NCBI GenBank assembly: GCA_973895155.1
Contig: OZ316892.1
Location: forward strand, 16,039,040 to 16,103,039
Origin: Marsupella aquatica
Taxonomy: Eukaryota > Plantae > Marchantiophyta
DNA: 64,000 nucleotides
Reading direction: 5' to 3'
The first letter of the stretch is position 1. Each line of letters starts with the position of its first letter. The notes beneath the pieces are model-generated. The model had not been told where the DNA came from and did no database searches. It saw nothing but the letters and a program-made list of their open reading frames with translations. Positions 1 through 13,283 of this stretch are shown here, one piece after another. The translations under genes and the position numbers were made by a program.

Positions 1-1629
1 TTGAATCAAATTTTGAAGATCTGGATTCAATTGCTATTCATGCCACACTCCATTGATATCAAGGGAAAGACCACAATGAATCATAGCCTTCCTTGCATAT
101 GTTATACCAGTGTGCTTGTCTCGTTGTTGATTGACCTTCTGTACAGATGCTGCAGCAAGCTTTAAGAAAAATCGTTTGCCAAGATTCTTCACTGCTCCAG
201 AATTCTGCCCACTGCTTCGACCAGAATTTTGAAATCCATTTCCACTCATGATCGTCTTCAACTTGTGCTTCTCCCAGGCATCTGTCCACGCATCCTTGAT
301 CTTGGAGATCACAAATGAATCACAAGGTTGCGTCTTATCAGTGGAGCATGGAGGTAAGTTGCGTATGGTAGCATTCAATCTCTGCAACGTGGTGAAAGAC
401 GCTTCTGTATAGTCATGGCCCTTGAAATTGTCGACAAAAATCACTCTTGTTTGCCCACCTTGAAGATTGGTGACTTGGCAGCGTGGTTCATTCAACCATT
501 GATTCCAGACAGCTCTCGTCATGAAACCATTCTTTGCAGATCTGTAAGCAACACCAGGAATTGTATCCTCCACATTCCTAATAGGATAAGAGCAACGATC
601 ATTCTGGAAAACAATCATAGGAACCTCTATGATAGATCGAGACCCTCCAGTGAGACGTACGATCATGGTCATGCCTTGCCCACCAGAAAATACATCTGCA
701 TACTTGACATTGTCATCACCATGAAATCCCAGTGTCTTGCCATTGTCAATGTTGACAACGAAATGAGTTTCGTCAACATTTTCAACAAGGTCTTCATTCA
801 GGGTCCCTGCTTCAAACTCTCTCTTGCGTTGTCCCAAATGGAAAGCGATCTCTTTATCTATGTGCTCTTGCTTCTCTGCACTCACCATCAGTTTCCCTGT
901 TTGTGCCCTTCCAACAATGTTGCACTTCCCCATAAATCTCTGAATCCAATGAAGTGTAATCTTTTCTGAGATAGGAATTCCTCCTGACAGAAATGTTGAA
1001 GAGAATTGCGGATGAGTTGATTCGTCAAGCACTTGCTTTGCCAACTGCTGCAAAAGCTTCAGTGAAAATTTCACTCCTGCCTTTCGTAATCGATTGAACT
1101 CGTCCACCGTAGACTGGTACAACCACGTAACCCAATCCTCTGTCTTCTTGCCTCGACCTTCTCTTGCCTTCCGCAACATCTTTCGAATGATTCCATCTTG
1201 ACGAACATTGATGGATATGTCTGTCTCTTTGTTGATTTGCAACCAAATTGCTTGATTCTTCCACCAATCTGCAGCCTTCTTGAGATTTGCATTCTCACTA
1301 CCTCGAAATAACGCTGTGAACTCCTTAACAGTCCTTGAACACAGTCCAGCTTGGCCATTCGCCTCTCTATCTTGCCTCATCCACAAAACTACCTTCTTAC
1401 GATCTTGCATGGTCACGACGCACTAAGGTGCTCTCTTACGCTTTGTCTGGACAGCTTCTGTACGTGCAACTGATCGATCTAGAGAAAGAGCTTCAGGTAA
1501 TGAGTTTTCTGGAACATCTTCGACAAGCTCTGCAGGTTGTGATGAAACTCCAGTCCTCCCTATGTTCCTCACTCTAAGTCGAGATCGAGCAAATGCAGAT
1601 ATTAGAGGCGATGCAGAATGGAAATCCAT
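1..1629 (-). pseudogene. pogo-like DDD transposase (CENP-B-type HTH + DDE_1) with in-frame stops
   Basis: ORFs 1423-1629 and 34-1416 share a frame, separated by TAG at 1423-1425. Catalytic motifs ENVDETHF, IFVDNFKGH and TQPCDSF, with 36 residues between the 2nd and 3rd D. The frame continues past the TAG at 34-36 (QLNPDLQNLIQ). Confidence 0.85.
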
Positions 1630-1961
1630 TGTGGAGAATGCTGCGATGCAAAAACTTGAGAAAACACACCGAAATTTGGCGAGAATGTTATGAGATTGGT
1701 AAACAAGTTTTGCGAAGTGTTTAGGTCACGGATAGGGCCGGCCAAGGGTTGGGATGGTAGAGGGGAGTGTAGGGCAGAAGATTGGTAGAAATTTAGGCAA
1801 AGTTGTGGTTGGGAGTGTCTTAGGTTTGCTCCACCAGTGTCACCTATAGTTTGGTCCTAAGTTTGACCCTGGTTTTGTAAAAGTCATCCATCAGTTTGCA
1901 AAGAAGCATTCCTTTATACTCTCACATGAAAACAAAAACTGTTGTCTTAAAAAGTGTACTG
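1..1961 (-). mobile_element. pogo/Tc1-mariner DNA transposon, 5' part (3' end outside window)
   Basis: Contains a DDE_1-type transposase. On the minus strand the candidate terminus TA|CAGTACACTTTTTAAGACAAC (TA at 1962-1963) fits the pogo TA-CAGT end. The partner TIR is not in the window. Confidence 0.65.
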
Positions 1962-2689
1962 TAGTGATATTTTTTATTAATGTATAGGAGATTAATAAGG
2001 AATTTAGCTTTTATATTTTTTGGAGCTTTGTCCTCACACCCTTAATAGTGTGTGTGAGACTATTTATGCAAGGAGACTAAATAAGTTATGATACTAATTA
2101 CGGTAAACAGTGTAGCTCTTTTACATTGTAACCCTGCCCTTTACAGATGTAAATGAGTCCACCACGTTTCTCTACGCAGCTGAATTACCCCTTTGTATGC
2201 ACAAAGAACATTCCTCCCTTTAAGTCTCCCTTTAAGTGCTACTTATGGCATTTAACATTAGCCATCTTGGCCTATAGCTCAAAAGTCACTCATAAGAAAA
2301 AACTATTATGAACATACTCCTGGCTTTCCTAGCCCTAGGGCTTCTTAAAACAATTCTTAGAATTGATATATAACTAAATTTGGCTTTTCTATAATTGTTC
2401 AAAGTCTGCAATCCGTCATAATTCATAACTACTTTATAGAATTCGGACCACTCCCAAAAAGTATCCATAAGTCCAAAACTAGGTTTAGTAATTCTAAGAG
2501 ATAGTGTTAGGTATACGGCCTCAAGTCACACTTTGTGAGTGCCTCTTGCTCCTCCCTAACCTCTCTATTCCTTTCAGAGTTGTGCAATGCAAGTGAATGA
2601 CATCCCCGAATGTTCTTGCTATTGTGCATGCTTGCTTGGTTACTAGTTTAGGGCAACTCTGACACTTAGAATTTTTGGCAAATTTTTAA

Positions 2690-4295
2690 AAACTCTCGGG
2701 AACACAGTTTGCGAAGGTGTTGCGATGCGCATTTGTTTGCAAACCCCTTGCAAAGTCTATCATGGACTTTTTCCATTTCAATTTTCCGATGCCTTTGCGA
2801 ACAAATGCGCATCGCAAACTCCATCGCAATGCCTTCGCAAAAAATGTGGTTCGCAAGTTGCCATGCTTATAGGTTTGCAAATTTGAATTTTAAATTTTTT
2901 TGGGGTCGTGTTTAGTAGTTGAGGATTTAGGCGTCACTTGTGGCTATAGGGTATGCTTAAGGGCAAATTTAACCAATTTTAATTGGTTTTATGCATGGCA
3001 GTATCGGAGGTACAAAAGGAAGATATCAAAAAAGCATATTGAGGTGGCGATAGAGCATGGACAAAAGTACCTCTTTGCGATGGTAGATGCCGAGTTGGCT
3101 ACTGTAAGTGTCTAAGTGTGAACCATATGATTAGCATGCGAACATTGTGAGTGACCCTTTATGTCTTGCGGAAACTAATGACATGTAATGGATGCAGGAT
3201 TCGGATGAGCCTGAGGGGTCGGGTGCTGATGTGAGCAGTAGTGATGACAATGAGGGGACTACTCCTAGTACTAGTGGTGCTCGGGGGGGGGGAGTAGTCG
3301 TGAGGTAGGTTCTTCCCACCGTGGTAGTGGTGGTAGTCGTGTGTCATCAGCACACGTTGATGACCAGGGGGAGGAAGAGGACCCTGAGGATGAGGAGGAG
3401 GAGCAGGAGCACGCTCGCCGACGGCCATCACGCACCCGTCACCAACAGGATCCCCGAAAGGATAAGGGCAAGAAGCCAGCCAAGAAGCCAACCAAGAGGA
3501 GCCGCAAGAGCCCATTCTAGTTATTTTGTAGAGATACATGCATGAGAGTGACTTGTCATGCCGGAGCTTAGGGTAGGAAGAGGCAGCATAGGTTTAGAAG
3601 TGCGGACCTAGCATCAGATATTCCCCCCTCTTGTCCATGTATAGGGTTCTTTGAAGCCCTATCATTTTGTTCATGCTTTTCCATTTTATAAAACAACAAT
3701 TTTGCCTTCCACATTGGGTCCCAAGGAAAACCCCTCGCAAATAATGTATTGAATCCTCTATGATCATATTTTGCGAACCCTTTAAGAACTCATTCCCATT
3801 GCACAATATAAACCCCAAGGCGTCGCACTTTTTGAGTCAATAAACTTCAGATCCAAATATGTCGGGTTTTTGTGATACTTCTAGGATCGCACTTTCCTAA
3901 TCAAAACCGTTCACAAACTTCTGAAATCACCGGTATTGCTCTTTGTCATACAATCCCCATCAAAACAATTGAACCAGTATCTTTCACAAATATGATGCGA
4001 TGGTAAATCCTTCTCAAATATCGACGCCCGCGTGGGACGTGTGCGTGTATGTTTGCGAACCTTATGCGACGTATAATGGATCGCACAAGTATTGAATCTT
4101 GCGAACCTCTCAGCTTCGCAGTTTGCCATGGTGTTGTGATGCCATTGCGATGGTCCACGTGCAAAGTTATTAGGTTCGCAAAGTGCAAAGGTGGTGCGAT
4201 GCGCGTATGTTCGCAATGGCCAGAATTATGAAAATCAGGGGCTTGTTAGTTGCGATGAGATTGTCTTTGCAAAACCGGCCGATAGTGTTGTAGTG
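2690..4295. mobile_element. Right end of a CACTA (En/Spm) element with subterminal repeats
   Basis: Terminus ...GATAGTGTTGTAGTG ends at 4295 (reverse complement CACTACAACACTATC). Dense TTGCGA/TCGCAA repeats at about 2700-2880 and 3730-4270. Left end not found in the window. Confidence 0.7.
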
Positions 4296-5156
4296 GCTTC
4301 AATTTCAGCCACCCGCTCACTAGAAGAATCCGAGGTGAACTGAGACCACAATATGTGACTCATTTTGGCTCATGTGACTTCATTGTGACTCAACGTGACT
4401 TGACCCACGCTGTGACCCTTGGAGTTGCAAAAGTTGAGACCAAAAAATGGTAGTCACTATTGATACTGGGCTTTGCAACTTGCTTGATACCCATTTGTGA
4501 CTGATCTGTGACTTTATTGTGGAGTCTAGCCTTGTTTCGACGTGACTGCAATATGACTTCAGCGAGTCACATCGTAAGTCACATGCATGACTTACCCGCA
4601 TTCAACAATGACTAGTGTGTGACCATTTAGTGTCACAGGAGAGACCAATGGAGACCCTGGCCCGCGTCACACAACAGAACCATTTGGGACTCTATATACT
4701 CATGTTTATAACTAATAAGGTTCACATACAAGTTATAACCATGACTAATGAACACAGAGGGACAGTTCTTAAGGAGAGAGAGCACTCGACATTACAATAC
4801 ATAGAAACCTGATGTTCTAACTTTAGAAATATAACACATTCAATACAAGAAATGAACATAGCATGAATGACATCCACATGAAACAAAGCATCATATAAGC
4901 AGATCCTACATAAAACATTCATAAGAATTAAACACAATCACAATCTTGCTAAAAAATGAAGATCATTTGAATTCCAATGGAATAGTTTACAATGTGATCA
5001 ATGTAATTCAGACAAAACAGGAACTCATAATTGATGACTGAAAGCACATGCATGATACTATGAATCTCCAAGAGGACATGATTCTTGTACTGCTTCTTGA
5101 CATCTAAAATCTACATAACATGACTCACACTACAAACAAATAATGACATGACATTG

Positions 5157-8100
5157 TTATGGATCCTCTATGAACTTGCTTGGCCATAATACCAAAGAAC
5201 CTGCAGCATCTCCAAGTGTCTTTTGAGGAGGATCATCATTTGTGTTTGGAATGGGAAGGACAGCTTTAGGTTTCACTAGTAATGTGACTAACACTACTGA
5301 ATAACCTGGGGGAATCCTCTTGCCATGGAACGTTGTGGAACCAACCTGCACTCTGGCAAATCCTACTCGTGTTCCACTCTCATCAACAGCTAACAAGCCA
5401 CTTTGTCCCTCAGCATTAGGTGCTTTCCCCACTTCCACCTTAGATCTTTCTGCCAGCACTGTTCTTGGAGGTTTGTATGAAACCTTTGACGTGGCTCTGC
5501 TCCCACCAGCATACTTGCTTCGTGTGCGCATGCTTCCTCTCTTCACAGTAGTGAAGCTAGGCTCAGTAGGTTCCTCTGTTAGGACTGTCACAGCAGCAAG
5601 TTCACCACCTGGGAGTGTCATACCAATTAACTCTTTGGTTGGATTTATCTCAACAAGAGGCACACCTGTCATTGAGAATGATACATTCTGCAAATCATTT
5701 ATCTCTGCAATGGAGTCAAGATCTACATAGCATGAATCTGGCTCAATGGTATCATTGTCATGCTTGCTGATATTCTCATTTGCCCCAACATTGATATCAT
5801 CCACTCCCTTGCCAATGTCATCCTCATCCAAACATGGTTGACTGCCCTCTGTCAAACAAGTTGCTTGTACAGACTGCAACTTTGTTGCCTCTAAATTATA
5901 GCGAGTATTTGCCAGGTTCTCATACTTCTTCTCTGTAGCACCTGTCTTATTCTCTATGGACACATCAACCACAATATATGTTACTGAAAATAACACATTC
6001 AACAAACAATGTCAATTCAAACTATATATTTAATAATCATATCCCACACAGTTGTAAAGGCCTTACCTTCAAGCCTACATGTCGTTGGCATGCCAGAAGA
6101 GTGCATCGACTTTGCCACCTCAAGTGGTGATGGTGGAACTCCTGCAGAATTGGAATCAATTTTATCTCTCATCGACACAACAGCTTCCATTAATGTCTTG
6201 AAGTTCACATGGAACAAGTCAGTAAATGAATTCAAACGTTCATTGATCTCTGGAAGACATGTTTCGACAACCTTCAAACGACCACTTATCTCTGTAAGTG
6301 AAGATCCACCTCCCTACATGACACAGGGGTATAGGTTCAATCACTCCATATGAAATGTTGGGCAATATATGCACAATCAATGTTATATACAGTGTACACC
6401 TGAAATTCAACGCAGGTCATTCAATTACCAATCAGAACTCATATAACTTACATGCTTGGAGGATTCAGATGCACCCTCTTGAGCCCGGGTGTTCACAATT
6501 TCAGCCCTCAACTCTTCTTTTGAAGGGCTTTGCCCCAATTGGGCTTTCTGCACATGCATGGCAAACACAAGTTATCGATCAATATTCAGGGAACGTACAC
6601 TAAAAAACAAAGTTTACATGTATGGGTTTACACTAAAAAACAGTACATAGTGTAGCATAAATTACATAGCTAGGCCATTCATTCTTACCAAACGTTTAGC
6701 TGTCGGTGCAGTGTCGGTCCTTCCTGTCAGATTAGGGTTCTGAACACTCAACCTGGCCTCGGTCATCTGTGAACTCTTCTTTTTTGAAGCATCTGTTACA
6801 AAATAAGCTACTAACCTTGCCCACACTTTATCATCACAACTGGCTGGTGGAGGCATATCTGGCTTCTCCCCACCTTCCTTCCAAGCCTTATGCATTCTCC
6901 ACCTCTCTTGCTTGATGATTTTCCCTGCTGTACTCTCTAGGCAACCTATGTCCACGCCATCATCACTGCCCACATAATTCCATTTGGCAGCAACATTTTC
7001 ACATACAGTCTTCCAATCTTTTGGATGCTGTTTTTTAAAATTAATAACACTCACATCTAACCAACGCAATACTTCAGCTTTCAAATCAGCATGCCATCGG
7101 TTCTTGCGAGGACACTCAGCATCCACCCATTGTCTCTCATTCAACTTTACGTTCCCTTTCTTTGTCACCTCCCCTCGTGCACTGATCTCGGTAGTACTGG
7201 GCGTTGTATTGGCCACCCCTTCATTCACCCTACCTGGGGTTCTGAAGCCACCTGGGAAAATACAATGCCATTCATGCTTGAGAACTACATATAGCAGAAT
7301 GGATGACGGCAACATTCAATGCTTCACTTCAAGAAAAATTCTTCAAACATACATACCTGTAGCTCTGCCTGTAGATGCCTGTGCAGGGACTGCACTCTGA
7401 AATTGTTGCGACCCTGGACCACCTGTCCAGCCTAGTACAGGGGCCGGATGATGTCACTTTCTAGGTATGTGTGTGCAAACATATGTACTGAAAACTAAGT
7501 ACAAACTGTAAGAAAACAACTGAACATTCACCAACATACCTGTCCCCCTTCCGTGCTGCATCTGCATAGGGGCATTAGTGAATACTTGAGTCGATGGTTC
7601 GACTGTCCAACCTGCACACATACATTTTCTATCATTATACATGTGCAGAGTCCCCCCCACGTGAATGGACTCCAGATATAATGAGTTCTTCCATTGCTGA
7701 CAAGATCAGACATTACCTGCCCCTCTTCCAGCATTTGTAGGTACTGAATTTTGATATCCCTGCCAATTACCTTCACCACCTTCCCAACCTTGTTCATTCC
7801 ACGACCCACCACCATCCTCCCAACCTGGTTCAACCCATGTCTGTCCTTGTGGACATTGGAACTGATCATTACTAGCATTTGCCCAATCAGGTTGGGCAGA
7901 ATCTGCATGCAATGGCAGGTGGACAAAATTTCATGTTGTCTGAATCCAATACATCCCAAACAATGTCAAAAATTGATATGCAGTCTGAAATTCAGGAGTG
8001 CCATGCCTTCACAAAGAACTGGCATATAGATATATACTCACATCCCCATGGTTGAGGTGGACGTCCATACCCACGAGATTGTGGGTTTGGACCTGCTCTG

Positions 8101-8862
8101 CCTCTACCACGGGCATAACCTAGAGCTTGCCCCCTGCCATAGTATTGGGCACCAGCCTGGGATCTACCACTACTACCACCTCGCCAACCTTGATCAGAGG
8201 TCAGCCCCCCCTGCTGGTATGGTGCATGCACAGGCTTCGAAGGCAAAACAGAACTGGCAGGACGCTGCATCACATCACCAACTACAATGTCAGGAACTAA
8301 ACAAGGTACATATGTGTAGTACTGAACATATGAAACCTCTAAACAAGAGTTTTTAACTCAAAACCTTGTTGGGAAAACTACTTACCTGTTTCTTTTGGGG
8401 CTGCTCTGCAATGTATTCATCTTCATAACCCCCATCCTCATCCATTTCCTCTGGAAAATACTCATCATCTGCATCTTCTTGTCTAGTGTCTGCACCCACC
8501 TGTGCAGCATCAATGTCATCTCCACATTCTGCCATTGTAGGTACGACCTTCTTGCTCAACCTGTCACTCTGACGCACAGGCCCAGAGATAGTGCTGGTCA
8601 CCCTTCTTGCGTACTCCTTTTGTTTCTTTGAAAATACTGTGGCTCTGCGACATTCCAATATGAGAATACAGTCACAATTTCAGTGCCACATTGAACTATT
8701 CATGTCACACAAACTCAGCGGAGGGGTGTAGTTGAGAATCGTTCCCTTACAATTCAGCCACATCCTTTTCCAGATCCAGTTCTGCGATTTTGGCTTTCAC
8801 GTATGCTCGTTGTTCCATAGCTTTCCTTTCATACTCACACATCTCTGTGTCACTCTGTTCCA
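5157..8862 (-). CDS. CACTA TnpA-like multi-exon gene (Transposase_24-like region and Tnp1/En-Spm-type C-terminal domain)
   Basis: Exon-sized ORFs 8747-8862, 8353-8658, 7992-8273, 6662-7315, 6017-6277 and 5157-6005 with GT/AG borders. Motifs PPPASCDDKVWARLVAYFVTDASKKKSSQMTEAR and FHGKRIPPGYSVV...LPIP...TLGDAAGSLVLWP. Exon structure is approximate. Confidence 0.7.
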
Positions 8863-9019
8863 TCCTACTGGACCACAAAAACATGTCATCTATGATCACC
8901 CCGTATAACACAATGCAACCACAATCACCAGGCATCCATCCATACATCTGTGTTGCTTCAGAATTACTTTATTACACATCCTTCCCCTCACTAATGTCCA
9001 TGCAAACAATTCACATTAC

Positions 9020-12000
9020 TCATGGCACAGGCACACTGTTGGCATCTGCATCTTTGAATTCGCCTCCTTCAGCAAATGCATCTACCCTTGTCACAGGAAT
9101 GAAGTCCCCGCTATCATGAACTACGGGCACTTGGTCTGAACGCCGACGATCAAAGGCACTATGAGAGTGTAAATGAAACTCAAGGTTTGATCCTTCCATC
9201 CGACGTTGCCTGGCCTGTTTATGACACACTACACGCCAACCTGGGGAGTCTTCCACATCCAGGAAGAAAGCTTGCTCCACCTGACTAGGAAACACAAATG
9301 GCTCAGACCATTCGGGCAATTTCCCTCTGAAATTGGCCAGCAAGAAACTGTCGTTGTCTCTCTTCATGGTAGCCCTGTTACCAAGCCAATCCTACCGCAC
9401 CCATGAACCTTTCATAAGAATCATAGGACTGGACACCGCCCCATAGTCCAGAGCCCATATGTCAACTAATTCTCCCACATATCCCATCTCCATCCAGGCC
9501 CTGTCGTGATTGTGGCTCTGTTGCTCAAATACAGTGATGAGCCCGCAGTCATTCGTCACCCTGTAGGCACTGTCACCATCCTTCACTCGAAAGTGATTCC
9601 CATATGCTCTCATCCGTTTGTAAGTCTTCACTTTCAGGCTAGGGGCATTAGACAGTAGGTAAACATCTGCATCCATGTCTGGGTGGGTCTCATGATGCTC
9701 TCTAATTGCCACTCTGATCCACTCCATGAAACCTGGAAAAGTTGTTCCTGCAGTGGGATGGGCCGCCTTCAATGACTCATACTCCCTGAACGAACAATCA
9801 CACAGCATTAGCTTGGGTAAACATGAACAGGCTGAAGGAGAAAACCACACGAACACAACATTTAAGCTCATGAACTGGATTATAGCACATGTATGCACTC
9901 ACTGTATCCAGGGTTCCATCACCACAGTGTTGTGCAATACAAAGTCATGTGCCAAGTCTCTCATAGATATGGTCAGGTTCTTTGTGGTTGCAGCCCCTTC
10001 CAGTACTTCACCTATCACCCCTTCCTCCTCATCAGAATTCCACACCCTGGTCTTCACATGCTCATATTGTGCTATGTATTCGGTCAGAAATCCTAGAGTC
10101 TCATCCTTGATGTAACCTTTAGCCATGCTTGCTTCAGGTTTGTAATATGTTCTCACGTGACCTTTGAGTAGCTTCATGTACCGTTCCAAAGGGTACAACC
10201 AACGAGCACTCACAGGTCCAAATTGGTGTAGCTCTTCCACAACATGGACAAGTAGGTGGGTCATGACATCAAAAAATGTGGGAGGAAAATAAATCTCCAG
10301 GTCACACAGCACCTGAGCGACATATTCTGTCAGTTATGGGAAGTGTGTTTCATCCCAAACCTTCACACAAATACGACGAAACACATCACTGAGTCGCATG
10401 ATCACAGTACGAACAGGCTTCTGCAACAGGCCCCTCAGGCATAAAGGCAACACCTGTTGCATCAACATATGGTAGTCATGGCTTTTCATACTACCAAGCT
10501 TTCTAGTCATGATATGCTTCTTGAAAGCACTGCCATAGTTTGAAGGAACCTTCAAAGAACTCAACCTCTGCACAAATAGTTTCCACTCTGTGTCTGTCAG
10601 AACATAGGGCGCTTGGTACTTCAAGAGCACATCAGCTCTGTGGGCATGTGGCCTCAACCAAAGATGGGGTTTCATTCCCCTCTGTTCAAGATCCAATCTC
10701 ACTGAACCAGTGTCTTTCTCTCCACACAAGAATCTGAGTAGACTCTCACAAATATTCTTTTCAATGTGCATAACATCAATGTTATGTTTGCTTGGCTCAA
10801 ACTCCTGCATCGTTGCAATGCAAAAGCGTTAGGAAATGCCTCAAGTTTAGTCTCTCTCTTCGAAATGAATGCACATGCTCTGAACCAAAACATGTATCCC
10901 AATTAGCATCAACTCCAAGAGGCTTACCCTCCAGTACTTGAGCTCCAAGTCCAATATGCTCAGTCTTTTTACACCATATCGCTTTATTGGATCACTCACT
11001 CCATCTTCCCTGCCCCCTCGTTTGATATAGTCATCCCTCAGTGCTCCCCACTGCCTGATCTCCTCTTTGGTCACTCGTGCCGGGGGTCCACGTTGCTCAA
11101 TCTCATTGCCAAAGTGTGCAATCAGTGCCTGTCTTTCTCTGTAAGGGTGATCTGCCTTCAGAAAACGACGATGGCCCATGTATATCACTTTCTGCAGGGC
11201 TCTGGAGTACTCACTTGTGACATTGCGCCCACAGATAGTACAAGCACAATATCCTTTTGTTGTTTGGCCTGATATCATCCCATGGGCTGGGTAGTCAGCT
11301 ATAGTCAGAATGACAATGGCTCTAAGGATGAATGGGTTTAACCTCCCAAGCCTCTGTAGGACATCATATGTGAGAACTCCTTCCTCCCAAAGCTTTCTCA
11401 ATTCCTCCACTAGGGGAGCCAGAAACACATCTATGTTGGCAGATACAGCACTGTCTGGCCCTAGTATCAGTAGGACCATCAGAACAAAAAATCGCTTTGT
11501 AGTCATCCAAGGAGGAAGGTTATAATTCAAAATAGTTACAGGCCAGCATGAAAATTTGTTGTTCTTGTCTCCAAATGGGTTTACCCCATCCAATGACAGC
11601 CCAAGTCTGACATTCCTCGGCTCAGCAGCAAATTCAGGATACATCTCATCTATGAGTTTCCATTGCCTTGAATCTGCAGCATGTCGTTGTAGCCCATCAT
11701 CACTTTTCTTGTCAGTTGCCCAAGTCATCATCTTCGAGATGGCACGGCTTCTGAACATCCGCTGAAGTCTGGGAATGAGTGGAAAATGACGAAGTACCTT
11801 GGCGGGAACCATAGACTTTCCTGAGTTCCGATACCTGTGCTTCCCACACTTAGGGCATGTCAACGATTCTTTATACTCCTTTCTGAAAAGAACATGCCCA
11901 TCAGGACAGGCATGGATCGAATCATAGTTCAATCCAAGATTAGATATGCATCTTTTTGCCTCGTACATGTTCTTGGGCAAAATATTACCATCTGGTAGCA

Positions 12001-12775
12001 CAGTTGTTCGCAAGAATGCCAACAACTCAGAAACCAAAATGTTGGGGACATTGTGGTTGCCGCAAATGTTCAGGAACATGATGACAAATCCCAGTTTAGA
12101 ACATTTGCTACCGGGGTACAAAGACTTCCTGCCTTCCTGTATTTGCAGGGGAGAGCCAAACATCCCATCATGCCCAGGGGTTTCCTGCCCTATCTCAAAC
12201 TCATCAAGAGGCTCTTCGACAGGGGGCACACTTGCATCTGCAACCGTATCCTCTTTGTTGTCCAGCCCATCATGAAATGCATCCAAGTCTTGGAAGATGT
12301 CTCTCACCATCTCTTCCACATGAATTCCTTCGTCACGTGGTGCTGCCTGAGCACCATCCCGTTGGAGAGCTGACAACCCACAGAGACCAGCTACAACATT
12401 TTCAAATGCACCAGGCAGAACCTCACTTGCCCGTCTTGCAGCATTGGCAGCATCAAATTCTAACCTCCACTCCTCGTCGGAAGAATCTTCCTCTACAGGA
12501 TCATTCCAAACTCGATGTCGTGGATCTCTTCCATGAACGGCGATATGCCGCCAAACCTCATTCAGACCCCTGGTACGGGATCCTTGGCAGATTGCACAAG
12601 GACATCTCATCCTACTGGCTCCTGAAAGTCTGGTTCGTAACCTTTCACGCTGCCAAAGCTTATTATCATGGCGTGATATCCTTGTGGGATGATGCAAAGG
12701 CAGTGCCTGTGCCCTGGGCTGGGTTTGGGGAGGGTGGTGACCAGGGTGCATTGTAACAGGCTGGAAGCTCTGCAA
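9020..12775 (-). pseudogene. CACTA TnpD transposase (Transposase_21, DUF4218, DUF4216) with two introns and two in-frame stops
   Basis: Motifs SIHACPDGHVLF, CPKCGKHRY, RNVRLGLSLDGVNPF, IADYPAHG, IDVMHIEKN, KSHDYH, GPVSARWLYPLERYM and EPFVFPSQVEQAFF. In-frame TAA at 10334-10336 and TAG at 9392-9394. Confidence 0.93.
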
Positions 12776-13283
12776 TCATGGACAGCAGTGAATAGGGATG
12801 CCTAATAGTGGTATTTGTGTTCCATATATCCCTGACTGTATGTGCCAAAAGAGTTAACATAACGTGTAATAAATTCTCACAAACCCTAAACCACCCCAAA
12901 AGAAAAAAACAGGTTTGCGAGTAGTGTACCTATTGTCAAGTGAATGACACAAAATTCCTCAATGTTTGAGGGTGTCACCACCTCCACAACTGTCCTCAAA
13001 TGTACCGCCTCTGCATGTACACCCATGACCATATCAGAGTCCAATCATGTATAGTCATAGGCATAGGTGTGAGAGCGGTATCAGATATCTCACCGCCGAG
13101 ATTTGAGCCCACCCAGTACGTTTACAGTGACACCCCCAGGCAGCAGGAAACAACAATCCGCCAACAGTAAAATAAGCCCAACTGCCACCAACCATAACAA
13201 GGTACATTAGTTCAAAGATCACATTTATTTCAATGATCTGATTTATACAAAAAAACTTGTGTCCAAACTGATGCTACTACTCC

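Noticed and set aside
1962-1966. TAGTG as another CACTA terminus
   Set aside because: Better explained as the TA target plus CAGT end of the pogo element; no CACTA subterminal repeats are adjacent.
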